DNA of 58,689 nucleotides, filler included, from Circinaria calcarea (taxonomy: Eukaryota), in assembly GCA_051942165.1 (NCBI GenBank). It is 2 parts of 2 records of this genome, joined end to end, with 100 filler letters (N's around TTAATTAATTAA, not from the genome) between each part and the next. Parts side by side here need not be neighbours in the genome. Positions count along the whole stretch, not along the records: positions 29,401 to 58,689 come from JAVECS010000047.1; 1 more part is not named here. One strand, given 5' to 3'. Position 1 is the first letter of the stretch; each line of letters opens with the position of its first letter. The notes under the pieces are model-generated. The model was not told where the DNA came from and did no database searches. It worked only from the letters and a program-made list of their open reading frames with translations. A program made the position numbers and the translations under genes. This document shows positions 37,349-51,964 of the stretch, in pieces.

Positions 37349-38464
37349 GGTATTCCCCGAAATCGGTCTACTCTACACCACCAGCTACCGCTCGTTTTGA
37401 GCCGGTAAAGAAAGACCTGTGAGACAATGTTGAAGATCATCTGTCGACTGTCATATAACGATTGCGCGGCTGCGGATGGCAGGAACGATGGGGGGATGGG
37501 AAGCTCTCCCGGACGGATTGGGGCAGCTACTTTGCTTCGGAACGAACGTACGGCTCGAGGCTGGAGGTAACGAGAGTGGGAGCAATTGCCAGAAGGGAAC
37601 AGGGCGATGCTGCTGAAGAACAGTAACGCCTTGGCCCCGATAGCTAGACGTTCAGATTTCGACCGATAGGGCTCTCCGGCCTTCGAATGGGGTTGGGGAA
37701 AGAAAGCACACGGTTAGCGCGGTGACACTACGACTTTATCTGCTTTATCGGGCAGCGGTTGGTCGGGAAATCTGCAGGGATTCCCCGGGGACTTTTCTCT
37801 CTCGACAGCACCAGGTGTTTCACAATTGCTCGAGGCGGGGCAGACATAGAGCCTCCCCGAGAAGAGTCAGTCTGACGGTGTTCCTCCATGCTGACGTAGT
37901 TGCAACTGGGAGAGATTGACGAGATATGCGTTGCGGGGAAGTGTACCCCATCAGAGTTTCCTAATCGGTAACAAGCTTCCATGTCTAAATTTACTCGTAA
38001 TTCCTCCAAAGCTAAGTTCTCGTTCTCGAATGAAATTCTCCAAACACACTTGTCGGCCCTAAATTTAGTCGAGGCAAGGGGTGGCTTCCGTAGCCAAAAG
38101 CAAGAGCCAAAAAGATCCCGGCAAAGGGAATTAAGCGCGTTGGGTCTTTTCCCGTCCACCAACCCCTCTAAATAATCCGACCGCACATCATCAATCGACA
38201 TCGGGAACGACAGAACTGGACAGACTGAGAAAGACAGGAACAGCCGTTACTTTGCTACCCTCCTGCCGTAACGTTGGACTGACTCCCTTTGGAGAACCCT
38301 TATCGACTTCCAGGACATCTTCCGCCGTCAGTCTCGAATTGATATCCATGGTGCCGTGTCGAGTCCCCTGAATTCTCCTCGATTACCACGTGGGAAGGCC
38401 TTTGGATTCTTCTTCTTTCCTTTTCCTCGTCGAATCTGTCTGTAGTCGGAGTCTGCCTTTCCTC

Positions 38465-39716
38465 ATGGATTCCTTTGTTCGAGTGTCGTCGAGCCATAGA
38501 CCGAGTACCCCCGACGAGGTCGGGGAGAAAGTACTGCGGCGGGTAGAGGTGTCCAAGGTTCGTACTCCAAGTTATAAGCCCTGCAAGGCCTCAAGCCTCC
38601 TTCACGGGTACTATATAGCGCTGTAGCTAACTGCCGTCTTAATAGATGGCCAGAAAACTTCAGGATCGGCTAGCTTTGGCAAGCTACAAGACCAAACATG
38701 GCATGAACTCCATGAGCCTCAGTGTAGTCGAAGCACACATTGATAAGCATCTCAAACAAAAGCGAACAGACTCAAGCGTCATTTCATCCTCGGACTCGTC
38801 TTCCTCGGTCAGCTCTGACCACCAATACTATTCCAGAGGATTAGCCTCCTCCCCGATTCCCGCCCCTGTGTTCTCCGATGATATCTATGGCTCCGATAAT
38901 GTAATTACGTCACGGAAGAGGGCGAGATTTCATCCTGCCTTCCTCGAGACTACATCCACGGCCGTCTCGCGCAAAACAAAAAGGGCTCAATCGATGGCTC
39001 CTCCGTCTTTTGAACAAACCCGTCATTCGTGGAAATCCTCGCATAACCTGGCCCAGTCATCTCCTCTTCAGAATCGTCTCCATCCTGACTTTCGCACCGC
39101 CAACGGGCCAAACCTCTCATTTATCTCGGAGACATCCACAATCCCGAACTCACCCAACTTTGGCGCCGTGTCGGATGAAGAGGATCAAAATCTTCCAACC
39201 CACTCTTTCCGCATCCAATCTACCAGCATGCGGGGCTCTCCTCCTCGCACACCACCACCCACTCGTGGTCGCGGAAACCGACATCGAAAACCCAACGCTA
39301 CCGGCGAAGAAGGAGCCGACCTCCTTCTCTACTTGGCCACCTCCCCATCGCCTGCCAATCCAACCGTGAAAGTACGCGGCTTCCCACCTTCCACTCCGCC
39401 TTCCAACCACGCCGTCCTTCCATCCTCGATGATGGGTACACCCGGTGGGACCAACATCTTCACCGGCTTCAGTACGCCGGGCCAGCAATTCAACTTTTCC
39501 GATTTCGTCAACGTCACGCCGAGTCCCGCTCAGGGGGTTTTTGGCAGTCGGACCCCAGGTGTACCCAAAACCCCTTTGGCGACCAAGGAGGCACGGAGGA
39601 GACTGAATTTCGACGCGCTAGTACCGCCGAGTGCAAGTCCGAACATGGGCATCATGAGCCGGGGGTCGGCGAGTACTGGCTTGGGCATGGAGTTGGGGGG
39701 AGAGCTGGTCTCTTAG
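38465..39716 (+). CDS. Whi5/Nrm1-motif G1/S transcriptional regulator-like protein; exons 38465-38557, 38646-39716
   Basis: LQDRLALASYKTKHGMNSMSLSVVE resembles the Whi5/Nrm1 GTB motif. Many S/T-P CDK-type sites and an EEGADLLLYLATSPSP block. Intron 38558-38645 is in phase 0. Confidence 0.7.
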
Positions 39717-40261
39717 CACACGCCCTTGAAATCCGACCGACCACGTGCCATCTGGTCATGGCTGAGGGATACATGTAACTTGTGCAATCTACTTATGACG
39801 GTTATGCATTCTTCAATGTTGGTACTGTATAGGGAACAAGGGCCTATTCCTAGACATACTCGTATGGCTATGGAAAACAGGGTGGATTCGATTGATTTGT
39901 GTATCGAATCTACCTTGTGTCATTAGAGACAGGACCTGGGGAAAAGGCGTAGCTAGACCGGTCTGTCCCCGTCTTGATATCATCTTGTAATCAGTGCAAT
40001 TCGGCCTTGTTCGTAATCCTTTCGCCCTAGAAATCGGTAACCCTGATTCTGATTCTGATTTCTAGCTCGGTAGATTGGCTTTTCTCCCGCTTCCCCCCCT
40101 TTTGGCCAGCGGGAGTCGGGATGGAAGCTGGAACGTGGCCCTGGCAAGGGAAAGGGAAAGTGAGAGAAAGAAAAAGGGGGAGGGAAAACGAAAAGGAGAA
40201 ATGGGAAAAGGAGAACTAGAGCTCAGCCCAATCATTGGCTTTTTTTAAAAAAAAAACTGTA

Positions 40262-40300
40262 CAATCAATCAATCCAATCCAATCCAATCCAATCAAATCA
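40262..40300. repeat. (CAAT)/(CCAAT)n microsatellite
   Basis: caatcaatcaatccaatccaatccaatccaatcaaatca read directly. Confidence 0.9.
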
Positions 40301-40340
40301 AAGAGAACGTTGGACCGGGGCTCCCGTATCGGAATTTTTT

Positions 40341-40383
40341 GACTATAAGTGACTATAAGTGATTATAAGTGACTGTAAGTGAC
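40341..40383. repeat. 10-bp tandem repeat GACTATAAGT, about 4.3 copies, degenerate
   Basis: gactataagt gactataagt gattataagt gactgtaagt gac. Confidence 0.9.
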
Positions 40384-40407
40384 GCTAAAGGCTTTTTTGA
40401 ATCGCCC

Positions 40408-40497
40408 CTTGGTCTTGGTCTTGGTCTTGGTCTTGGTCTTGGTCTTGGTCTTGCTCTTGCTCTTGCTCTTGCTCTTGCTCTTGCTCTTGCTCTTGCT
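40408..40497. repeat. Compound hexamer microsatellite (CTTGGT)7(CTTGCT)8
   Basis: Counted directly; perfect arrays differing at one base. Confidence 0.95.
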
Positions 40498-40737
40498 GGT
40501 TCCGATCCTGGTTCCGGTTTCGGTTCGTAGCATGGTGGATGGTTGGAAAAGTCGAAAGTCGATGGTGGAAAATGTCGAGAGGAAGAGGGGAGAGGGGAGA
40601 GGGGAGAAAGAAAAATAATCGAGAGGGGAGACAGAGGAAGAGAAAGAGAAGGAGTTTTATGAATTAAAAGGGGTTGGGGGGAGGGGGGAGAAAAGTTCAA
40701 GAAAGGGATTGGGATAGATAGGGAACACGATTGCAGT

Positions 40738-40785
40738 TGGAGTGGAGTGGAGTGGAGTGGAGTGGAGTGGAGTGGAGTGGAGTGG
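40738..40785. repeat. (AGTGG)9 pentamer microsatellite
   Basis: Counted directly. Confidence 0.95.
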
Positions 40786-41643
40786 GAATCACCAGGTTGC
40801 AGCAACAAAAAACAATTACATCTCAATCATCACTCGATCAATGCCATTCATTGATTCAGCCATTCGAGATTCCCCGCTTCCTCTCGTCGGACCCTAGCCA
40901 ACTTTCCTTTTCCACCTCCTCCGCTGCCTCGATTGAAATCTCCAAACCCCATAGTAGAACCACCAACGGGTCCATTTCCTAGTTCTATCATCTACTATAA
41001 ACCCGCTAATATAGACTCCATCACCCCAAAAAGGCAGTTTCCCACCGAAATTATTGAAAGGCTACCGGATAGAGTATTAACCCCTAGCGGACCAGCCTAG
41101 CCCAGCTCTATATGATAATCCGGTACTCCTTGAGAATTCCACAATGTTCTCGTATATGCATGCATTTCGAAATCGAAAGCTTGAAGCGACGGTGGGGGTA
41201 TGTGCACGAGAGGACTAAAGGCAAGTACACGTCGAAAAGCGAGGGTTTTGGTACAGTCGAAACAAACGACACTACAACAGGAGGGTAGAGCGTCATACCA
41301 CCGGTGAGTAAGGAAGGATGCTCTGCTGACTTGGCGAAATTGGGGTATTAGGATTAGTAAGTGATAATAGTCGTAATCGTTTCGTGAAAAAGCGTCGACG
41401 TCCCACTTCTTTGGTTACACCGTCTGGGTGTCCGTTTGCGTTATTAGAGGCATGGTGTAATGATTATGAGCAATGCAACTGAAGTAACAGGCGGATAAGA
41501 AGATCTACCAGAATAGGTAATGTTGACCATGATTGGATGGCCGGGAAAGGATAATATCGGTCAACACGTTCGAGGGTCATGAAGGCTTGTGATCCGATCG
41601 GATAGCCAAACAGAACTTGGATGAGAAATCAAGAGGAATTTTG

Positions 41644-43106
41644 CTACCGCTGAGCCTCGGTATCAGATGTCGAAGCCAAGGGTTCACCTTCCCACAAAGG
41701 TTGTGTCTCATCAACCGGACTGTCAGCTCCAGAGGAGATTGATGAAGACGAGCCCACGGTCCAATCCTCGTTGTCCATATGGGCGTGCTTTTCCATGTCC
41801 AGTAATGAGTAGTTGTATTCAATATCCCCAACCTCGATGTATTCGTAATCCCAGCGGAAGGTCTTGCCGACTTGAAGACGGGGTAGGTATTTGGCTTTAG
41901 CGACATAAAACACAACTCCTGCCACTGGCTAAAATTAGCTAGAAGTCGACCGTGCGTGGGCTCCGAGCCGACTTACACAGACTGCCTCCCACCAAATCCA
42001 CGGCATAATGATGAGACAGATACATTGTAGACCACCAAAGCCATAGCAGATAAGTTATGAACAACGGTTGCAATTGCGGGAAGACGTGGCTCATGAACAA
42101 AACTTCGGTCGTGCCGGAACCCGAATGCAAGGAGGGGAAAGCACCGAAGACCAAGGGGGAAGCCGTAAATGTAGGCGTATAAAAATCAATCCCGAAGAGC
42201 TGGTCCACACGGGCCAGCCCGGCCGGAGAGCCTTTGATCGAGTAATTTGCCGGCGCAAGCCCGTAGAGATTCTCGTACCAAGGTGGTGAACATGGAAAAA
42301 GCATTTGTATCATAACACCCGCTAGGTTCATGTAGCCAAAATTCCTCGCGAATACCGGCAGGGTCCCCGGTGGCCCAAAGACAAAAATGATCATGGAGCA
42401 GACAAACGGCGCACCGAAATGGATTATCCCATACGGAAGCCAAGCCAACACATCAAGCAGAGCGTTTTGATGGGCGGAAAGGATATTGCTCAAATTCGCA
42501 CCGTAGAGAATGTTCTCCAACGCCGGCAGTACCCGCACCCAGATTGAAGGTCTCCAGTCACCGGGAACGAACCTAAAACGGTCTACAGTCAGCATGGGTA
42601 ATGCGCCTAGTAGTTTGAATCAAGATGCGACCAGTCCAATCCATCCGTGGATAGTGGCGACGCATTGGGAGTACTGACTGGCAGGAGTAGTAGAAGATGA
42701 GCCATGTCGCTATGGGAAGGAACGGCAGGAAGAATTGGCGCGTGATGGGTATGATGAGGGAGGTGAGGATTAAAGTTGCCACCGCAGTCTTGACCAAGGC
42801 TCCTGGCCGTTCGATCATGGACAGGGCGAAAACGCCGAAGAGGATGAGAAGAAGATATTGGGCGTCATAATAAGACCACCGGTACTTGCGCAGCGTCCGC
42901 AGGGTATCCGACGGTTTGAAGGACGTTTGCAGGGAGGAGACGGTGGACGAGGCCGACTGCCGACTGCGGACCCGAGAGCGAAGTTTCCGGCGGAAACGGT
43001 GGGGGATGAGGACGGGGAAGGACGGTGGCCAGGAGAATCCGAGTCTGGTCGGCGATAGAATGGAGGAGAAGGGACTCCGTGACGGACTGTGGATTGGATC
43101 TTTCAT
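41644..43106 (-). CDS. AUR1: Inositol phosphorylceramide synthase (aureobasidin A target); 3 exons
   Basis: PITRQFFLPFLPIATW, IWVRVLPALENILYGANLS, LDVLAWLPYGIIHFGAPF, PPWYENLYGL, FGAFPSLHSG and STMYLSHHYAVDLVGG (PAP2-like catalytic motifs). Confidence 0.97.
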
Positions 43107-44237
43107 GTCCGCCAGCTCTGGAGTCGTCGGCTTTCGCGCACGTGCCTGGGCAGCTCCCGCTTAATCTTGCCCTCAGCCGGCGTGTATGGCGGCCTGCCGT
43201 GTTGCGCAGTGGAATAGGAAATGCTGCAGAGAGATTGCCGGGAGTAGAGGTACACGAGGCGTGAAGCGGAGGGGAAACGGAGGTAGAAGAGAAGTGCTGA
43301 TGAAATTGGATGGTGAGAGATGAGTAAGAGGTCGGGAGGAGAGGGGCGGTAAAAGGTGCTGGGCAATGGTACGTACCGCGATGGTTACTCCGTACCCTCT
43401 TGGGAAATTGGCATAGTGAACCGGAAGGTAACCTCGCCCTCTCATGTGGCTCATGCAGCCTTGGCGCTGACGTTTGCGCCGCGACGGAGCCTCGGATCGA
43501 TTCCTCCGGTCGCACCACCGTTGCTATTCCGTCTGCCCTGTCGGCAGAGAAGGACGGAGGAGTTTCGCTCCCAATACCCGCCAAAATACAATCAATGCCC
43601 CCTCTGCTCCCATCAGCGAGACCTTCAGCACTCAGTAATTTCCATTCGACTCCCCTCCTTCCCCTCCCTATGCCCCCGACCGTACATCATCCCCAGGAGG
43701 CGGTATGTAAGTCCTTTGTAATTCCCACAAATCGATCCTTCTCCCACCTGGCAAGTCTCATCTTCTCGACCAGGGAGTGCCCCTGTCACGGGACGTACCT
43801 ACCCTAACTGAGCCTTAGCCCCCCCCCTCCTCGCAAACTCCGACTTCCCGACGCGCATCCGAGTGCGAGTTTCATAACTTTAGGGAGACGAATAATTGCA
43901 GAGTGATCGGAGGCGTTGGACTACTACAAACCATTCACTCTCTTACTTTCGAGGGGAGGATCGCTGTCAACCCGAGCATCTCACTCCCCAATAGTAAACA
44001 CCTACAGGTACATCTATCTGCCTTCCCTACCCAGACACCCTTCTGACCAGGCCCCAAATCCAACGAGCATCACGGTCCACCAACAGCGCCAGCCTCGAAA
44101 CCTCCAGTGGTATCATGTACGCTATATGCTGAACCCAAATCAGATGCAAAAGGTATACCGTCCATTCTAAAGGCAGATCGCTTGAAACGCAGACAACGCA
44201 TGCAAGATCCCAATCCCCTAAGCTACCAGTACATTTA

Positions 44238-47200
44238 TCACGTGGTCGGCACTGCATCTTTGCTCGCCCTCTGCAGGAACCTGATCCCCAACGGTCCCGT
44301 TCTTTCCTCCGTCCCGCCGGGCACCGACTTCTTCCTGGCCCCCTCTCCCAAATGGGCCATTGGATCCCATTCGGCGATCCGTCGAGCGAGCTCGGGGTCG
44401 CTCTCGTCCCCGATGAACGTCCAACTCTCTTCGTCGCCAATGTCGTAGTCAGGGTTGACCGTGCGGTGCTTGATCAGTGATTTGGCGTACTCGAGATCAC
44501 GGTAGATGGCTTGGATGGCGGTACCCACCCCATCTTCCTGCTTGACGGTTAGAATCAACGAGACCCATCGGGTATAGTCCTAGTCCACATCCGTATGATG
44601 AACGTACCTTTCTTATTTGCTCCCCCAGAACCCTGGCTTTGATAATCATCCGCTCGCTATGGGTCGCCTCCCAGAGTGCCCGTGAGAACACCGAGACGTT
44701 CAGTTTCTTCAAACAGATACCCACACCCAAGTCTTCTATGCGCGAACCGAAGAAGAACTGATCACCGAAGAACGGCTTCACAATGGTAGGCAAGCCAGCT
44801 CTTAAACTGGCACCTGTAGTCCCAGCTCCGCCGTGATGGGTGGCCGCGTCGATCTGGTTGAACAGCCAGTCGTGGGGTGCCGATTTGATCTGGTGTATCT
44901 CCGGCGGAAGGGGCACTTCCGGGACTGCGACATCTTTGTTGCCAAGCCGATCAGACCATCCCTTTGATAGAATGCACCGTACATCTGCCTTGAGAACCGA
45001 CTCTACCACATTCTTAGTTAACGCGGCCGGGTCGGAGACAACAATGGATCCGAAACCAATGTAGACAATCTTCTTGCCGTCAGAACGAGCTTGACGGATA
45101 AAGTCGGTTAGTTCCTCTGGTGGCGTCCATCCAGAAGCTTCGTCTAGGAACCAGTATCCAGTCACCCGAATCCAATCACTGTAATCAAGAGGCGGGACAA
45201 CGACCGAAGGACTGAAGTTATATAAGAATGGGACTTTGTTCGGATGTAGCTTGTCGAGATTCGTGCTGCGTAAACCCAGTTCCTTTTTCCGCCATCGGTT
45301 TACCTGGCCGGCAATGGCAGTCCAGAAGACATTGTCGAACATGACGTAGGTCACATAATTGTACGCGCCACCCATCTTATGCTCTGGAACTGCAAAGGCA
45401 TGAGGATATGCACGTGTCCGTGTCCACGGCATGGTGAAAGCTCGGAAGTATGGGATACCCAGTGCTTCTGCGATGTGTATGCCGGCCATAGCACTAGGAC
45501 TCTCTATTAGGATGTCGCTATCCTGACACGCCGTCCAGGCCGAGGAGAGGAGTTCGTCGATCCAGCCACGGAATTTGACTGAAGCTTCTCTCAAGAACGA
45601 GTATGTGAACATGCCATTTTCCACGCATATCCTCATTAGCTCGGCGGGATCCCCCTCGACAGGTGAGAAATCGATGCCGTGCTGTCGAACCCAAGGTTCA
45701 AATTCTCTGTGAGTTGCTATCCGGGGCTTGTGGCCTTCTGCAAGTAAACCCTTACAAAGTGCTATGTACGGCTGCACATCACCCCGTGACCCAATGGTCA
45801 GACACGTAATTCTCAGTGCTTCCGTCGGTTTGAAGTTGATAATCGACGCTCGAGGATCGTCGAACAGGATGGGAGGAACCTCGCCTAGGTGAGCGACAGT
45901 ATCCGCCGACGTAGGCAGTTTGAGTTCGTGAGCATCATATCCATCAGTCCTCGCCTCTTGCAGCATCTGGTGCTCGGCCTTAGCTGCCTCTTCCTCGGTT
46001 CTTTCTTCTTGCGTCAAGAGTCCAGACTCTCGGAGATATTTGATAGAGTCGAGATTCTGTAGTAAAGTGACGGCGCAATCGTCGCGAACTTCGGCTTGCC
46101 CAAACTCGAAGAATAGCTCCTCGAAGGCACGAATGACGATGACCAGTCCAGCGTAACCAAACCTGAAACCCTTTTCTTTATCAACATTCTCTATATCCTT
46201 CAGAGGTAAAATTAACTTCGTGCGCGTGCCGGGCAGTAGACTACGAAAGCAAAACTTTCGGTCACTAATATAAATCTTGCCGTATAGTGGTAATACCCGA
46301 TGAAGGTAGCCAAAATATGTCGCCTGAAGCTTTTCCGACGCAGGAAGGGCGAAATGGGCTCTGAAGCGATCTCCATGTCCACTTATATCCTCATCCTCCC
46401 CAGGCTCTTCCAGAGGATCGTGAGGCTCCTGCCCCTCTCCATCGCCATAATGCCTGCGGCCACCGGCCCACATGCCTGAGACCTTCTCTACATAGCCCAT
46501 GGACTCAGTAGCAAGCAAATTACTCATCTTCTTTGACCGATTCCGAAGGTAGCCAGCGAACCCAGCTGCTCTTTGCAGTGGATACGCACCTGCCTTTACA
46601 AGCTGTTGTAAAGTTGGCGTCGAGTTAGAGGGTGCGTATTCTTCTTGGTGTAATTCGTTTGAGTTTGGCACACCAGACGAGACTTGTGTTGGGTCGTGAG
46701 GACCGTTTTTATGACTTCTTTGGATCGGTAATCCTGATGATGCGTCGTTCGTCCCATCGGCCTTCAAAGCATGCTTTGAATGACCGTCCTGTTCTTCATT
46801 CATGTTGTCTGGAAACTTCGTCAGACGGCTGATAGTAGGTGAATGAAAGACGTCGCTTCTGTTTAGAATTTGACTAGCCGACGCTCTCATATCGTCACTG
46901 GAATGATTCGGTACCGAAGACTCCGTACTCGGTTCGAGTGAATGCACGTAGGAGTCAGAGGACCCTAGCGGTTTTGATGGCGGCGATTCATTTACGGGAC
47001 CCATTCTATCAACATTCATTCTACTCGTGCTTGCGCTCCTCCTACCACGTACTTCGAAGCTTGCACGACCAAAATCTCTTGTCATGTCCATGCTTCGCCG
47101 GTGGACATCTGAGCTCAGACTTTGCCTGCTCCAATCACCGCTTACGCGTGGACTTGCTCTACCGCTGACAGGGAGTGACGGTGGCGGAAGGGTGGCACGT

Positions 47201-48833
47201 ACACTTTCATGAAGTATTGGCGTTACAGGATCTTGGGGGCTGCGTGATCGAAGGTGAGGGGATCTCGAGGATCTTCGGGATCGATCACGTCCAGGAGAAG
47301 GAGAAAGGTACTCCTTAGGAATCCTTTGTGCCGGAGTGTCATTGATCAAAGTCCTTATAACCTCTAGCGCATCTTTACCGAAGCTGAAGAACGAGAAGAA
47401 GTACTGTAGAAAGATCAGTCAATGAAGAGAGCATTATTCGAGGGCAAGCAAACCTCGTCTATAGAGTAAGTCTCATCGCTGTCGACGACACGTATTTTAA
47501 ACGTCTCTGCAAAGTCGATGACCGGACTCTCCTCGATGTCGATAACATTCTCTATTGGCAAGGAGATTTTCACACTGTCACCGTCGTTGTGTGATCTGAA
47601 AATAACTTTCTGAAGAGTCTTTACCCATTCCTTCGCACTTGCCGGACTATCAGCTTTAAACATAAAGACCCGTTGATGAGTGGTGACGGTGAAGTGCGTA
47701 GGATTCTTGCCCTTTTCTTTAGATTCTGTGAGCGCTGCCGAAATGCCATACCGCAGGTCGATGTTTCCACTGGGAAAATACAGGTCAGACGGGTCGGTGT
47801 AGTAGGATAGCACATCTCCTTTCAAGGTAAACCAGTATCGGTTGAATTTGGGATTCTGTTTACCCCGTTTCGAGAGATATCCAGATTTGGCGATCACGTT
47901 CTACAAAGTCATGAACTCGTATACAGCTTCTGGCGATGGGGTAGCTTACAGATTTCTTTGGCAGGTATGCGTAAAAGCAGATGTGTTTATCCGTAATATA
48001 CATATAACCCTGGAGGAGGACACTTTGTAGCAGCCAACATGGATACTCTACTACTGCATTAGTATCAGTTGCGTCGGGTTAACAGTGCTGAACTCACCGG
48101 ATATCACCTCCTCTGGTTGCTCAAACTCGAATATTTCCCTTAACCGCGTTACCAAAGATGGAAGACTACGCTCGGCTTTCTGATCTCCAGCCCCACCTGA
48201 GGTCGCTGAAGTCCGGTCCTTTGGGGAATTTGAGGAACTGAGCTGCGCCTCCGCTTCCAGCATACGGGACATCACCGGTGCATCTCGAGGAGTGGGAAGT
48301 CTCAAGCTACCGACTGGCGTAACTGCCTCGGGGAACGGAAGAACCATGCTCTGAGACATGTAGTTCTTCTCTTTGATCGTTCGCAAATTCAATTTCGGCA
48401 AAGATTTCAGGAGCTTAGTCTTGGACGTGTTCCTAGATCCTCTGGCAGAGTGCTTCCTCGTCGCCAAGTCCCCCAGTTTCTCGTCTGTATCTTCCCCCGG
48501 TTGTGGTTCAGACACGGCATCCTCAGGTTCGCCCTTCTTCCGTTTGTTCCCTTCCTCTTCACCGCTGGAGCTACTTTCATCGTCAAATCTCGCATGAAAG
48601 TCCGTTTTGGAGCCGGCAGCGGCAATCATGGAAAAGACCGATTGATTCATGTATTGTGGTATGTTGCCCTTAGGAGCGGTAACATCTTCCTGTGCATCTT
48701 CTCCGACCTTTAGTCTCTCTGGATACTGGACGCTCGAATGACGCTGAGGTTTCCGCTTTTTGGTCAGTTTCCGACCCAACCTCGTTTTATTGTCGTCCTC
48801 TGAAGGGCCCATGTTTGCCATACTATGAAACAT
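44238..48833 (-). CDS. ATG26: Sterol 3-beta-glucosyltransferase with GRAM, PH and glycosyltransferase domains; about 5 exons
   Basis: PH ([10 protein letters not shown]...[13 protein letters not shown]), GRAM ([31 protein letters not shown]), and GT motifs [50 protein letters not shown]. Confidence 0.97.
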
Positions 48834-49596
48834 GATGTAGATTCCGCGTCGACAAAACGGAACTCTGTGGAATTTGGGCTTCGGCGGAGTCTGCGAACGT
48901 TCAGGTGACGAATGATAAGGTCACGATCGCGTTTGTCCATTCAAGCATGACATTGACAGTGACCCGCAGCGAGTGGCAATAAGCTGGACATGGCAATGTC
49001 CGTCTCACGAGGGACATTGTGACAACAGTCCGGTCATTTATATAGCACTCGCCTATGCTATTTGAGCACATGCGAGATAAATACCTTAATTTTGAATAGG
49101 CGCCTGCCTGTAGCCTATCCGAGCTAGCTTCTTGACATAATCGCGATCATAAGGCTTAGGTAGCAAGGGCCGCCAAAGTTTCACGGATATGTGTACATAA
49201 GAGGAGCTAGAACAAGTTCTCGTTGTGCAAGTCTCCATTTGCGTCTTTGTACTTCGTATTGAGCGACCCAGTCAAGCACCCGACTCAATCTTATCTTCAT
49301 GAGACCGGTAGATATGGTGCGATGGGTAAAACATGTGGAATGGTACATTCTTATAGGCTTCTAGGAATATAGTACCACAAATTTGACACGGCGGAATGGA
49401 CTTGAATTGAAGTACTAGAAGACTATCTATTATACACCCGCAAAGAAAGGCTCCAGCAGGCAACAACCAAATCTTATCCGTTGACTGCCACAGAGGAAAA
49501 TACTCCAGACCAAGTCTCAAGCCCTTGTTCGCCTCTGGGATGACGACTTGCGATCCTTATTACGCATCAACTACCTTCACCCCGTCGACAATTCGC

Positions 49597-51028
<1,432 letters not shown>

Positions 51029-51964
51029 GACCGCTGACTTGACAGTATTCCAAGCAAAGGTAACTTTTATCGAAAATGCAGCGGTAAGATAGCTGTCAAG
51101 TAAAGTGGATGATGGATGGAGGATGAAGGTCTGGTGGATCGCGTGGATGGTTAAAGAGGTCGTCTATCAGGTGGCTGGGCGAGGCATCAGCCCACATCGT
51201 AGACCCTGGATGATCGAGAAGGATGCACAGCAACGGCGCTAGTGGAGATATGACGACGCATCCGTAGCATTTTGGGTTTCATATACTCCGTACAGGTGAG
51301 GTACAACCGTTCGACGGGCTATGGTAGCTCCGGCAGGTAAAGGTAGTCACACTCACAAGTCAGTAATCATACTCCATAGTTGACGAAATGAATTTCACCG
51401 TACGCAGAAGACTGGACATGTGAGATTCTCGACTGACACCAGTCAGAGAAATGTCTATCTGCGAAGCCTAATTTTGCTCGAAGCGCAACGCCTACAGCTA
51501 GCTGCCACCAAAAGCCGAAGGGGCAAATAAATAGCTTTGTCAAAGCATCTTTATTTGGAGAGTAGGCCGTACGCCAAGACTCATTGATCACGGACAGGTC
51601 ATTGCAGTGACCGAGAGCTTCAGGTTCAGCTACAGATGGGGGCTTCGGCAGACATTACACTTGATGTTGACGTTCCAGACGTTTAATTCTTTGGTCACAA
51701 CCCTTGCTCTAAATCAGACCGAAGTGGCTTCCCAATTACATGGACTGATCCATCAAGGCTCGAAATGATGCGAGTTATATTATTTACCACCAATATGGTA
51801 CACTTGCCCTTCTCCGGTTTCTTCGCCTAAGAGTATCGGCAGAACGTGGAAGCTGCTTTGCAGCTCTCTGCCACACAAGGCGTCAAGGTCCATAGATACC
51901 TTAGCCCGAGAGACCTGGCCACAAGCTCGAACCGCTTTTCGAAAACAAAGTCGATTCTGGGACT

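Noticed and set aside
40353..40982. ORFs with RARARA/RPRPRP, LVLVLV/LLLL and EWSGV repeats
   Set aside because: These are translations of the microsatellites, with no other coding signal.
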